From contig NC_042998.1 of NCBI RefSeq assembly GCF_006345805.1, positions 201,314,001 to 201,378,000 of the forward strand: DNA of 64,000 bases, in the 5' to 3' direction. The stretch is from Octopus sinensis. Taxonomy: Eukaryota. This document shows positions 37,228 through 50,060 of the stretch, piece by piece; position 1 is the first letter of the stretch; every line of letters starts with the position of its first letter. The notes under the pieces were generated by a model. That model did not search any database, was not told the DNA's origin, and worked only from the letters and a program-made list of their open reading frames with translations. The position numbers and the translations under genes are program-made.

Positions 37228-37610
37228 CATATATACATTCTTTGGTAACAGGGACGTGTTAAGGACATAAAAAAGTTCAACAAGCTCCTTAAAATATTGG
37301 GCACAAGAGATTACTACATAAGTAATCGTTCTCAAGGACATACTTAAGATAGTTTCCAAAAGGAATTGATATTTGTATTGTATCTGTATATTCAAACATG
37401 CACAGAATATTGGTTGACACAGAGTACTATAATCCATATAAATATACATTCTTTGGTGACAAGAGTATGTTGAGAATATAAAAAAAAGTTTAAGAAGCTC
37501 ATTGAAATAATGGGCACAAAAGATTACAACAAATATATTATACATCTCAAGATAATTTCCAGGAGGTATTATTAAAAAAGTTCAATATACACGTACAGAA
37601 TATTATGAGT
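37228..37610. repeat. Diverged two-unit tandem duplication, ~210-bp period
   Basis: ATATACATTCTTTGGT.ACA.G...GGGCACAA.AGATTAC.ACA occurs twice. Confidence 0.75.
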
Positions 37611-37639
37611 TCAAAAAGATTTATATATATATATATATA

Positions 37640-38392
37640 CGAGGGGTGTATGAATAGTTTTGAGCCTAACCTAGAAATTACGCTGCTAGGTAGCTGAAAC
37701 AATTTTTTCTTGTAAGTACAGTCTTTTCGGAGTATTCTTGCTCATTTTCATGAGTCTGACATTTTAAGTTTTTTGTTGTTGCAGATTTTTGAATAAATAA
37801 GTGTCGAGGTTACAAGGAAAATGGAGAAAATTAAGTATCGTGCTGTCTTAAAGTACCTTCATTTGAAAGGCATGATTCCACCAGAAATCCATGAAGATAT
37901 GGTGAGAACCTTAACAGAAAATGCTCCTTCGTACGCAACAGTCAAACGCTGGGTAAATGAAAACCAGTGTAGCAGGGTGAGTGTGAAAGATGATCCCAGA
38001 CCAGGGAGACCTCCAACTTCAACCATCGAATATAACATTGACCTTGCTCTTGGTATGATAATGCAAGATCGTCGAATATCATGTTACCAGATAGCTGAGA
38101 GACTGGGCATCTCGACTGAAAGAGCAGAGAACATTGTGACAAAAGAACTTGGGTTCTCAAAGGTTTCTGCAAGGTGGGTCTCTCGCCTTTTGAATCCAAA
38201 CAGAAACGCACCAGGTGGACTTTGTCCACGAGAAATCTGGAACTGTTTGAAGCCGAGGAAGATAATTTTCTTGTTCGTTTCATTATTATGGACGAAAGCT
38301 GGGTTCAAAGAACAATCAGAGCAGTGGAAGCACATATCATTTTCTACCCCAAAGAAGGCCAGGGTCATTCCTTCAGCTGGCAAGGTCATGAT
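37640..38392 (+). mobile_element. Mariner transposon 5' half (irritans/Himar-like), 3'-truncated
   Basis: TA-CGAGGGGTG... left end inserted in a TA tract; transposase follows. Confidence 0.9.
37821..38392 (+). pseudogene. Mariner transposase pseudogene (frameshifted, truncated after the first catalytic Asp)
   Basis: DDPRPGRP, KVSARWVSRLL (WVPR.L), then in a shifted frame FLVRFIIMDESWV, then PKKARVIPSAGKVM. Confidence 0.9.
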
Positions 38393-38601
38393 GCCACCGA
38401 CCTGGCTAAGCAGAAGTAAGAGTGAGAGAAAGTTGCGTCAAAAGAGTACAGCGGGGTTCGCCACCATCCCCTGCCGGAGCCTCGTGGAGCTATAGATTGT
38501 TTTTGCTCAATAAACATGCACAACGCCCGTTTTGAGAATCGAAACCGCGATTCTACAACCGCGAGACCGCTGCCCTACCTACTGGGCCATTGCGCCTCCA
38601 T
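38393..38601 (-). mobile_element. SINE family C 5' half abutting the truncated mariner
   Basis: Reverse-complement homology to 25598-25790. Confidence 0.88.
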
Positions 38602-38995
38602 ATATTTCTTATTTTTATTTTCTAAAATTTTCGTTGCATCTTGCAACCTTTTCAATAGTCTTGACTCTGTCCGTTATTTACACTGCGTTCCTTTTTGTTT
38701 GTTTGTGCGCGTGTGTGTGGGTCAGTGTGTGTGTGTGTGTGCCTAAACATGCATACATGTACGTATGTATGTGTGTGTGTGTTTGCATGTGTATGTATGT
38801 ATATATGTGTGTGTATGCATATGGATGTATGTGTGTGTATCTGTATGTACGTATCCTGCATATTTATGTGCTTGCCTGTCCGTCTTTGTGTATTTGCTAT
38901 ATATGTGTGTGTGAGCATGTGTTTGTATACGTATGCACCTCTGTCTCCTTGTGTGACAGTATATATCTATATATATATATATATATATATATATG

Positions 38996-39332
38996 AACAA
39001 TTGCAGCGTGGAAGGTGTTTATAAGCCATTTAAGAAACACACAAAAGCCGTTCGATTCACTCCAACATTTAAGTTTAATTTGTCAAAATATTTTCGTCGC
39101 TAAAATCCGCGACCTGTTCACTGACAAAGAGATGCAGCACGGACTTTGTCAGTGAACAGGTCGCGGATTTTAGCGACGAAAATATTTTGACAAATTAAAC
39201 TTAAATGTTGGAGTGAATCGAACGGCTTTTGTGTGTTTCTTAAATGGCTTATAAACACCTTCCACGCTGCAATTGTTTTCGTTTCAGCACACGATCTCAG
39301 ATCAAATTACTTGCTATGCGAGTACATCTCCG

Positions 39333-39335
<3 letters not shown>
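38996..39335. mobile_element. Penelope-type terminal repeat with a perfect 134-bp inverted duplication, inserted in (TA)n
   Basis: Arms 38996-39129 and 39144-39277, 14-nt spacer, ~58-nt unique tail, TA tracts on both sides. Confidence 0.85.
39145..39194 (+). ncRNA. Minimal type I hammerhead-like ribozyme with G3-C8 core (mirror copy on the minus strand at 39079-39128)
   Basis: Stem I TTTGTCA/TGACAAA; core GTGAACA; extra G; stem II GTCGC/GCGAC; GAAA; palindromic AATATT stem III; H17=U at 39187. Confidence 0.72.
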
Positions 39336-39404
<69 letters not shown>

Positions 39405-40807
39405 ACAAACTTCGGTTGTAGAACAAACAACACATCTAAGGGCATCCACCTAACATATTACATCTCGAACATAATTATTTTTTTATATATACATGTGTGT
39501 GTGTCAGCGTGTGTGTATGTGAGTGTGTGAGTGTGTCTATATGCAGTAGGGATGGCATATTTTACTCCTTTCTTGTTGCTTAAACGAAGTTGTTTAATAG
39601 AAATACGCCCTAAGCTTTCTAGACAAGGCAATCCGAAGATTACAGAAAGACTGAAATATCCAGTATTGAAGTCGTTGCGTATGATGTCAACGCTTAATTT
39701 GAAGGAAGTTTTGCTGATTCATCTAATCATCACATTGAAGATCACGCCTTTGTTATTTAATTACTTTGATGATAATGTTATTAGTGTGGATAATTCGAAT
39801 TTAACGTAGGTAAAATTTTCTAAATTATAATACCTTCCTTGTAATGACAATATCTCTGAATCGCACACAATGTTTTACTCATCATTTTGGCAGGTTTTTC
39901 TTCCGTCAGGTATTTTACTCAACTGTTCCTATTTTATTATTTCAGCTATTTTGGGATGAGATATTTGTTTTCTATTATTTTCGATAAGTCACTGTAACTT
40001 GAATTTGCTCCTTCTGTGATGTTTATGACAAGAATATTATTCAAAGTGCAGCTAGAGTAACGTATTTTAAGTTGTCAAAATGATTGGTGTTGAAAAATTC
40101 AAGCACTGGATTGATAATAACTAACTCATCACACGTAATTTTGATTGCTTCGTGTCTTAGAATATCAATTAATGTTTACTATTTTCTGCTGCGCTACCGA
40201 ATTTGTGGCCAGCAAACTAGAAACAGAAATAACCATTAATTATAAGATGACTGACAAAAATTTTTGTTAATTTACTTTAAGATGCAATTTTATCACAAAT
40301 ACCCACGACCATCTATAACGCTTTTACACTAATGAGATGTTACAATTTCAATTATATAATTGTGGCTACTTACATGGATTTTTTTCAGAATAACATGATG
40401 GTCTGTGGGGGAAATTTATGTCGAAGTTTCACAAAGAAGACTTCAATGCGCAATTCGGCACCAAATACATATCATCAGCTGTGTTTGCTGCATCTACATA
40501 AAAGGTTTGCATCTAAATTCCTTTCAAAAGAGACCTCTCAGTCTCCTTTAACCATTCGCTCGCATCGCTGTCATTAGCATCACGGCGAACTGTCATCACA
40601 TGCACAATTATTGCTTATACTAGCAATTATGCTTTCAGCGAGTCAACGATAAATAATCTCTTAAGTCATATCACCATTCCGTTGACATAACATCGTATAA
40701 TCATTAAGCAAGAGCAAAATCACTATAATTTTTTAATGGTTTCTTCGTAATTTACGTTTTTTTCTTTCTTGTTATCTTTTAGCCTCACGTGTGATATCGT
40801 TTTCCTC

Positions 40808-41030
40808 TTACTTGCTCTCATCATTTGACAGCGGCCATGCTGGGGCAACGTCTAGAACGGCTTTCGTCCAAAAAAAATCGATCCCAGCATGGTTTTCATA
40901 CCAAGTAGCATCTTTTATCGTACTGTTAATTTACGGGACGTAAACAAACCGACACTGGATGGCACGCGCTAGGGTGGGGTGGTAAACCAAGATAAAAACA
41001 CAAAGCCACACGTATACAATACAAACACTC
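40808..41030 (-). mobile_element. Diverged SINE family B 3' half
   Basis: CATTTGACAGCGGCCATGCTGGGGCA...GGGACGTAAACAAACC homology. Confidence 0.7.
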
Positions 41031-41077
41031 ACACACGCGCACGCATGAGCACGTACATGAGCATGCACGCACTCCTA

Positions 41078-42462
41078 CTCATACATACATAAGTACATAC
41101 GTACATACATACAGATACATACACAGTAACATACATACATGCATACGTACGTACATGCATACATACATGCATACATACATACATACATACATACATACAT
41201 ACATACACACATACATGCATACATACATACATACATACATACATACATACATACATACATACATACATACACACACATACATACATACATGCATACATAC
41301 ATACATACATACATACATACATACACACATACATACATACATACATACATACATGCATACATACATACATACATACATACATTCATACATACATACACAC
41401 ATACATACATACATACATTCATACATGCATACATACACACATACATACATACATACATATATATACATACATACATACATTTATACATACATACACACAT
41501 ACATACATACATTTATACATACATACATACATACATACATACATACATACATACACACATACATACATACATACATACATACATACATACATACATACAT
41601 GCATACATACATACATATATACATACATACATACATACATACATACATACATGCATACATACAGACATGCATACATACATACATACATACATACATACAT
41701 ACATACATACACACATGCATACATACATACATACATACATACATACATACATACATACATACATACACACATGCATACATACATACATACATACAACATA
41801 CATACATACATACATACATACATACATGCATACATACACACATGCATACATACATACATACATACATACATACATACATACATACATACATACACACATG
41901 CATACATACATACATACATACATACATGCATACATACATACATACATACATACATACATACATACATGCATACATACACACATGCATACATACATACATA
42001 CATACATACATACATACATACATACATACATGCATACATACATACATGCATACATACATACATACATACATACATACATAATACATACATACATACATAC
42101 ATACATACATGCATACACACATACATACATACATACATGCATACATACATACATACATGCATACATACATACATACATACATACATACATACATAATACA
42201 TACATACATACATACATACATACATACATACATACACACATACATACATACATACATGCATACATACATACATACATGCATACATACATACATACATACA
42301 TACATCATACATACATACATACATACATACATACATACATACATACATAGTACATACATACATACATACATGCATACATACATACATACATGCATACAAA
42401 CATGCATACATACATACATACATACATACATACATACATACATACATACATACATGCATACA
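41078..42462. repeat. ~1.4-kb (TACA)n tetranucleotide array
   Basis: Seen directly; recurring ATGC and ACAC variants. Confidence 0.97.
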
Positions 42463-42750
42463 ACAAACATTCGAGGCGACAAGTCACGTATTTGGCGAGG
42501 GAGACTAGTTATCGAAAATACGATGAATACTATCGCAATATTTCGAGCCACAAACATCAGCCTTGTTAAATAACTGGTTAATCCTCAGAGGAATGAAGTG
42601 GGGGAGCCTTTTATTGACGATCGTAGTGATATTCGCCTAATCTTAAATTTATCATGCAGAGAGTAACTACAAACAACATGGCTGGACACAACATCAACAA
42701 CAGCACAATCGTGTAACAGAACGAAAACAACAGCTCAACATATACATACA

Positions 42751-42850
42751 TGTTGATGTTGAAATTCCAATGAAGGAATCTTGGATCTAGGTTATAATCC
42801 GCTTCTTTCTCTATTGACTAGATATCTTGAAATAAACTGAATAATAACAC
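42751..42850 (+). mobile_element. ~100-bp interspersed repeat associated with (TACA)n
   Basis: Reverse-complement homolog at ~58015-58125, also next to (TATG)n. Confidence 0.7.
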
Positions 42851-43212
42851 ACACACGCACAAACACATATACATACATATATTTTTATATCTAATACGGA
42901 CTTCTATGGGATTTCTGTATACCCAATATAGTCACAAAGGCTGCAGCTGCCCAAGAAGCCATATGGCTAATGAGCTGCGAATGGGACCCTACCCTAAACT
43001 ACGTACTTGCCAACAAATCAAGCCTCTAACCACTACAACAATTCTTTCTCTTTCTCACGTCCGCTCTTTCTCTCTCTCTATGTATGCATATGTATATAAC
43101 AGCACTTCTACAATATGTAAAAAGGCTCTGATATTGTGAGAGGGGATTAAGGGATTACGACAACCCCAGTACACAACTGGTGCTTGATTGTAAGTGCGGT
43201 GAAAACGCAAGG

Positions 43213-43284
43213 CCTAGTCGACCTCGGTGGAATTTGAACTCAGTATAAAAGACATGGGATTATATATATGTGTGTGTGTGTATG

Positions 43285-43358
<74 letters not shown>

Positions 43359-43482
43359 ATATGTATATATAATATGCATCCAATAAAGCTATAATGCGTA
43401 TCTATTTCAATTTCTAAGAATTTATATAAATCTACCTAGTCGAACTCGGTGGAATTTGAACTCAGTATGAAAGATATGGGAT

Positions 43483-43524
<42 letters not shown>

Positions 43525-43577
43525 TATATATATGTGTGTGTGTGTGTATGTATATATATGCATATATATATGTATAT

Positions 43578-43608
<31 letters not shown>

Positions 43609-43708
43609 ATATATGTATGTATGTATGTATGTATGTACATATAATATGCATCCAATAAAGCTATTATACGTATTTATTTCAATTTCTAAGAATTTATATA
43701 AAATCTGC
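43213..43708. repeat. Two-unit tandem duplication (SINE A fragment + microsatellite + unique tail)
   Basis: CCTAGTCGA.CTCGGTGGAATTTGAACTCAGTAT at 43213 and 43435; shared ATGCATCCAATAAAGCTAT...AAGAATTTATATAAA tail. Confidence 0.88.
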
Positions 43709-44083
43709 CGATTACAAGTTGTTGTTTATTTTTTCCTTTCTTCACAATGCCTTGATTCCACTTATTACTTTAGAAACATTGTAAATCTATTGTAACTTTA
43801 AAGAAATTATTTGAGGTAAACAAATATGCATCTAGACTGCAATTGTTTACAAGTATGATATATTTATCGTATATATTAGTTTAAGTGAATATTAAGATAA
43901 AATGTTTAGCCGATATGAACTAAACATAACGGAAGAGAAAATAGATATCAGAGATAAAATTTCAGTTATCTAAATTTAACGTTAAATATTTGTAAAATAT
44001 TAAACCTTGGATACTTTCATATTTACGCATTTTATTTGCGTTTATTAAAAGTTGATCGTTTCCTTTCATAGATTAAATATTTG

Positions 44084-44110
44084 ATATATATATATGTACA
44101 TATATATAAA

Positions 44111-44153
<43 letters not shown>

Positions 44154-44218
44154 GTGTGTATATGTATATACATATATATATACATAAATACATACATATA
44201 TACATGTATATATGTATA

Positions 44219-44252
<34 letters not shown>

Positions 44253-44336
44253 CATACTATATATATGTACATACATATATATACATATATACATGTATAT
44301 ATGTATGTATTTATGTTTATATATATACACATATGC

Positions 44337-44371
<35 letters not shown>

Positions 44372-44462
44372 TATATGTATACACCGGCGTGATATATACT
44401 TACATACTTACATACGCACACACAAGCACACACACACACACACACACACGCATACACACACA

Positions 44463-44502
<40 letters not shown>
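44084..44502. repeat. (TA)/(CA) compound microsatellite
   Basis: Seen directly. Confidence 0.95.
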
Positions 44503-44505
<3 letters not shown>

Positions 44506-44710
44506 CCAAGTTAGTTAGAGGTTGTGAATCCAACCAACTGAGGGATAATATGTGTCCAATATACTGATGGTAGAATACCCAATTATTAATACACAAGTGA
44601 TTTGTCATTGCATAGCAATTACACTACTGCATGTAATAAATGGATGGGGGCAAAATGTTGTTTTACCCTTGATTTATACGGCAATAAGAAAATCGAGTGG
44701 ATCAAGAGGT

Positions 44711-44990
44711 GGTGCGATGAAAACTTTTCATAAGACCTTACTTGACATAAGAGGCAACAATAAGTCTATGGGAGGAGTTGCATAAGTTGTATTAGGAGAT
44801 TTCAGACAGATATCACCAGTCATTTCTAGACGAAGAAAAACTGATGAAATATAAGTATGAATTAAGTTTTCACTCCTATGAAATAAAGTACAGAAATTCT
44901 CACTCAATACTAATGTGCAAAACAGTTTTCAACATGGCTCTTCCAATTAGGAAATGGGCAAGTACCATTTGATGGGAATGGTGACATCAG
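44711..44990 (+). pseudogene. Helitron PIF1-like helicase fragment
   Basis: KTLLDIRGNNKSMGGVA*...LGDFRQISPVISRRRKTDEI matches the RepHel helicase MGG....GDFRQILPV motif; stops and frameshifts. Confidence 0.82.
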
Positions 44991-46802
44991 TTTGGCTTGA
45001 CTTTTGGATATGAGTAGAGAAAGCTAACCTTCTGCGAACCATATCTTATCAAAATGACATAGTACTTTCATCCCAATTGATCAGGTGGCATTGTGCTGAA
45101 CCTCAACATTTGTATATGTTACAAATTGGACAATCATTTGTGACACGGTTTAGCGATCATTTAAAAACGGAATGAGCTGTTAGTCCTCCTGGGGTAATAG
45201 TGGCAGAATTTGCTGTTTTACCTTGGGGAGAAGCAATATTGTTACAAAAGTTTTCTTGTGCCAGGAGTATCAACAAAGAAAATTCCTCCGCTTGTTTTTC
45301 TGACTGACGAAATAATTTTATCATATGCACAACGTTGTACTGGAAGAATTTTAGGTTCATGTTCATTCACAAAAATATGTATGCATATGCAATTATGTAT
45401 ATATGTATACAAAACAGACACCCATTCACACACATTCTCCATCTCACACACTCACGCAAACACATACACACTACATAAATATATACAAACGCACATGCAA
45501 AACACACGTGTGCATATGTGACTGACTACAAATAGGCGCAAATATAAAATATTCTTCTTTATTGAAATTAACGAAGAGTGCAGGTTCAAGCGAAATTTGT
45601 ACAAGTTCGCCGTTGTTACGTCTATACCGGAAATTGACGTTGAGAAACATTTTCAAAGAAGTGAAACATGTATATAAAGCAATTTTATTTATTTTCAATA
45701 AAAAAAATATAATAAACTGAAGAGCCTGTTACGTCTTCTAGGTCAAATTATTCATTTATCCCAAGTATGGAAGCACATTTTGCGTAGACATTTTCGCATG
45801 GAAACCGAATACACACAGACACAGACACACACAAATATATATATATATATTTATTTATGCATCTACAGAAATAGGTAGTTTCTTTCATGTTGTCGTGTCC
45901 CAAACGATTCGGAACTTAACGATCGATAGAAACAAGAGCCGGCTTGTTGTGTACCAGAATAGGCGCAGTCTATTGAGTCTATCTTTAAATTATGATTAGT
46001 AATGTTTTTGATATATTTTTATTGAAATATATGTGGCAATGCTCTCCTTTGTACAAAATACATATAAAATGCGACCAAATCGTGTGGCATATCACCATAT
46101 CAACACTGAATAACTTGTATACACTAACATAAGCAGTTTATATTTTTTAATATCATATCAAAAATTGTACAAATGCAAATGGATTACTCAACAGAATACT
46201 ATTTTACAGCATGGCTTAAAATATTTACTTTTCATATAAAATAGAAACAAAAGGAAAATAAAATACAGCAAAACTAGACTAAATAAAGCTAAAAAACTCA
46301 TATCTGTTGAAACATATTGGATCCGGAAGGAGAGAAATATTGAACTAATGAAATATTCTTCGGTTATTTGGAGTGTAACTAAATAAAATACGATTTATAT
46401 TCACTGCTTCCGAATTTTTACTATTTTACTGAGTTTTAACTATTTATTTTTATGCATGATGTCATATACACAGCGTCTGTATGTTCGAGCAAAACAATAA
46501 TGATTTAATTATTGGACGTATTAAATATACTACGAAGATCTTCATTTTGCCACTTTGAGGACATCTTGCATTATAATAAAAAATTTCATTCTGATTGAAT
46601 TTCACACATTCTATTAAATGAAAAGACAGTGAAAATGCCCGCTATATTTTATTTCGGCTGAATGCTCGATAATTTCATAAGTTTCATTGTTACAGGTATT
46701 TTTGGAAATGTTTACATATATGTAATTATGAAATATTATTTAACATTTTTCTAAATCTGGGAATTTAAATTTTGAAATGCGAGAATATGCTTCTGGTCGT
46801 AC

Positions 46803-46888
<86 letters not shown>

Positions 46889-46889
<1 letters not shown>

Positions 46890-47439
46890 GCCCTGATGCA
46901 GTACCAGGCAGAGGCTCTCATGGCTTCTGATCTTAACTGATTGGAAGTGTCATCATGTACATTGTTTTTTCTTGGTATAAAAGATGGGCTACAGCAAATA
47001 TTCTGCTCAATACCACAGATTTGCTTGTCAGTTGTTTGACCATAACCAGTTGAGCATGCCCCTTAGTGGCTGACGATATGTGCATCTCTGATCACGAGCA
47101 GAAGTAGTGGGGGAGCATCATAGCCATGTGTTGAGAAGGATTCTTTGGGGTTTGAATAATTCACCTCTGGAAACAGGTGTTTCGTTCAACGTCCTTAAAC
47201 AACCCTTATTCAGGGACCTTTTGAGCGGGATGGGTTACTCGATCTGAAGAAAATTCTAACTGGGCTCCACCTGCAAGGTCATGTGCTGTTTATCTTGATA
47301 TGAGATCACCATGTCGCGCACATATGGTTGTGATGCATGTGCCTGGTGTACCCTTATCAGACGGATAGTCATGATGGGTATACTGGGCTTCGTATATTTT
47401 ACCCCAGTGTCACTTTGATGGCATGCTCTGCTCGCTCAC

Positions 47440-47441
<2 letters not shown>
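46889..47441 (+). mobile_element. Full-length copy of the (TAA)n-inserted non-coding element
   Basis: Flanked by (TAA)n on both sides; homologous to 36307. Confidence 0.88.
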
Positions 47442-47494
<53 letters not shown>

Positions 47495-47537
47495 GCATGG
47501 TGAAGGCGAAGGTAATGATGATGATGATGATGATGAC

Positions 47538-47573
<36 letters not shown>

Positions 47574-47581
47574 AAAAATGA

Positions 47582-47612
<31 letters not shown>

Positions 47613-47701
47613 AAGAAGAAGAAGCGGAAGAAGTAGAAGTTGTAGAAGAAGAAGAAGAAGAAGAAGAAGAACAACAACAACAACAAGGACAGCAACAACA
47701 A

Positions 47702-48520
47702 CAAAGCTGAGAGTGAAGGTTTCATATTAGCTGCCCAAGATCAAAGCTTATTAACCCGGAACTACCAAGCCAATGTGATAAAAAATGGAGCTGACCCAAA
47801 TGCCGATTCTGTAACGATGAGATTGAAACAATAGACCACCTAATTTCAGGGTGTAGAGTCTTAGCACCTGACATGACAGAGTCGGCCATTTTTTACACTG
47901 GACAATATGTCGGCATTATAAAATTAAAACCGCTGACAAATCGTATAAACGCCATCCTGAAGCTGTAACTGAGGGAGAAAATGTATCGATTCTATGGGAC
48001 TTCCCCGTACAAACCGACAAAACTATAAAAGCTAATAAACCGGATATTATTATAAAAGATCTGACAAAAGTGGTGTGTTTATTAATTTACATGAGTATTC
48101 CTTGCGACAAAATATAACGGTGAAAGAATTTGTCAAGATCAGTTAATATAAAGACTTGCTAATAGAAATTGAAAAACTGGCATCTCAAGGCGATCTCAAG
48201 GTGATTGTAGAATCTCTAGGAATGATAAAAAAAAAGTGCTGAAACCTATTTGAAAATGATATCAGGCTTACCGTTCCTACAGGAAGTGCAAAAAGTCGTG
48301 TTAACTGGAACGGCTCATGTACTGAGAAGAGCATTATCGCTGTGAAAACAAAATCCATTCATGAATATATTTATTTAGCATTTTTTTAAATACATATTTT
48401 ACCTGTGAATATGCGTGTGTAATCTAGGAATGCATACAATGAGCTTCTCTGCCCCAGGTGTACAGAAAACACTTGCCGAGAAATGGAAGAAAATTTGAAG
48501 AAGGAATGAAAATATGATAA
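47702..48520 (+). mobile_element. R4/Dong-clade LINE 3' part (CCHC + restriction-like endonuclease), frameshifted
   Basis: KAESEGFILAAQDQSLLTRNYQ, RFCNDEIETIDHLISGC, HDRVGHFLHW, ILWDFPVQTDKTIKANKPDIIIKD; stop near 48345, then 3' UTR. Confidence 0.92.
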
Positions 48521-48854
48521 TATCATGCACAACAAAAAACAAAAAATTAAAGTGATAATCACTTGTTAATACATATTGTCTGCACAACTACAAAAACTGT
48601 AAACCAAAGCAAAACTTTTGAAAAGAAAAGAAAAATTTCAAAAGAAGCAGAAGTTCAGAAATTGACAAATTTAACAAGGAGTACATCTCTTCCTCCTAGT
48701 ATTCCGAAAGGCTAGAATATCTACAATTTCCGGTCAATATTTTAAATTTCTCATAATACGTTAGGGAACTTAGATAGCTACAGCTTTCGAACTCAGAAAC
48801 GATCGGCTTTAAGAAAAACTTTATTATCTACAACTTCTGTGAAAACATATCCTT

Positions 48855-49150
48855 TCCTTTCTCCCTGAGTATTCGAAAATGTAAAATCCTATTTATTCGA
48901 AAAAAAACTACAGTTTTCTCTGTTCGGACAGACAAAAGATCATCTCCAATAAATTTTAAAATCTTAGCACCTAAAATTTTCTATGAAAATTTTACCTTCC
49001 TTTTTTTCCATTCCCTTCTCCCTGAGTATTCGAACATGTAACCATCCGTTTCATTGCAAAAAATTTACTGTATTCCCCAACTGGACAGACAAACAAACAT
49101 CCCAAGAAAATTTAAAATTTTAACATATTAGTTTTCTATGAAACTTATCC
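48855..49150. repeat. Two-unit ~158-bp diverged tandem repeat
   Basis: TTCTCCCTGAGTATTCGAA.ATGTAA...GGACAGACAAA occurs twice. Confidence 0.75.
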
Positions 49151-49315
49151 CCGACTACCCAAACATACTTTTTATTGCAACAACACAATTTTAAATTTTA
49201 TATTTTTATATATTTTTAAAATTATATTAATTATTATTATTTTTTGTTTTTTTAATGTTTTGGTTTATGTTTTTCACCGTTTGATTTGCCTAATAGTGGT
49301 TTTATCTCTAATTTA

Positions 49316-49390
<75 letters not shown>

Positions 49391-49394
<4 letters not shown>

Positions 49395-49582
49395 ATCCAA
49401 ACAAGAAAACACAAAAAAACACAACAACGCGAGGACGTGGAACAAATATAGTATTATTGGACGCTCAGGAAAGAAGGAAAGAAGTAGGGTTTAACGTTCC
49501 GAGCGGAAACATAGGAGAAGGAAAGATCCCGAGAAGGGCAGACAGAGGAAAAGAAATCGCCAACGGTACACACGAGGTCACA
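49391..49582 (-). mobile_element. Penelope-type terminal repeat in (TA)n, hammerhead core deleted
   Basis: Homologous to 62639-62822 but lacks GCTCTTCGTCGGA. Confidence 0.8.
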
Positions 49583-50060
49583 TTTATATATAAATATATA
49601 TATAATTGTATTTTCTACCAGTAATTACAAATGGAACAGGTTGAATTGCTTCTTTTCCAAGGACAAGGGCAGCGCTCAGAGTGGTCGCTGGTAGTAATAA
49701 GTACATTTGACCTCTCCTGTCATAAAGGGTATAAAGAATCTTATGTCACTATGGCTGACCTCCCCACGTTCTTCCAGTTTGTTTTTATAGACCTGTAGAA
49801 TTTGATCTATTCACTAAGCTGCTTCTCTTGCCCTAACTCTTTCCTTCAACAACCACATATTTACGATTATCTCAAGTGCAGGACAAAATTTAGAAGTAAA
49901 GAAATTTAATAATAAAGGGAAATAGCAATAATGATAATAACAATAGTAGTGGTGGTCATGGTGATAATGATAACAATAACAATAGTGATATGCTGCAGCT
50001 GCTACTACTACGATATAGCCCTATATAGCCCATGAATCTGTGGCCCAACTACAACTACCA

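Noticed and set aside
41029-42573. 300-400-aa HTYI/MYVC ORFs
   Set aside because: Translation of the (TACA)n array
42765-42815. Hammerhead in the TACA-associated repeat (CCAATGAAGG...)
   Set aside because: G5 is absent and GAAA is not intact in either copy; it cannot be supported without a consensus
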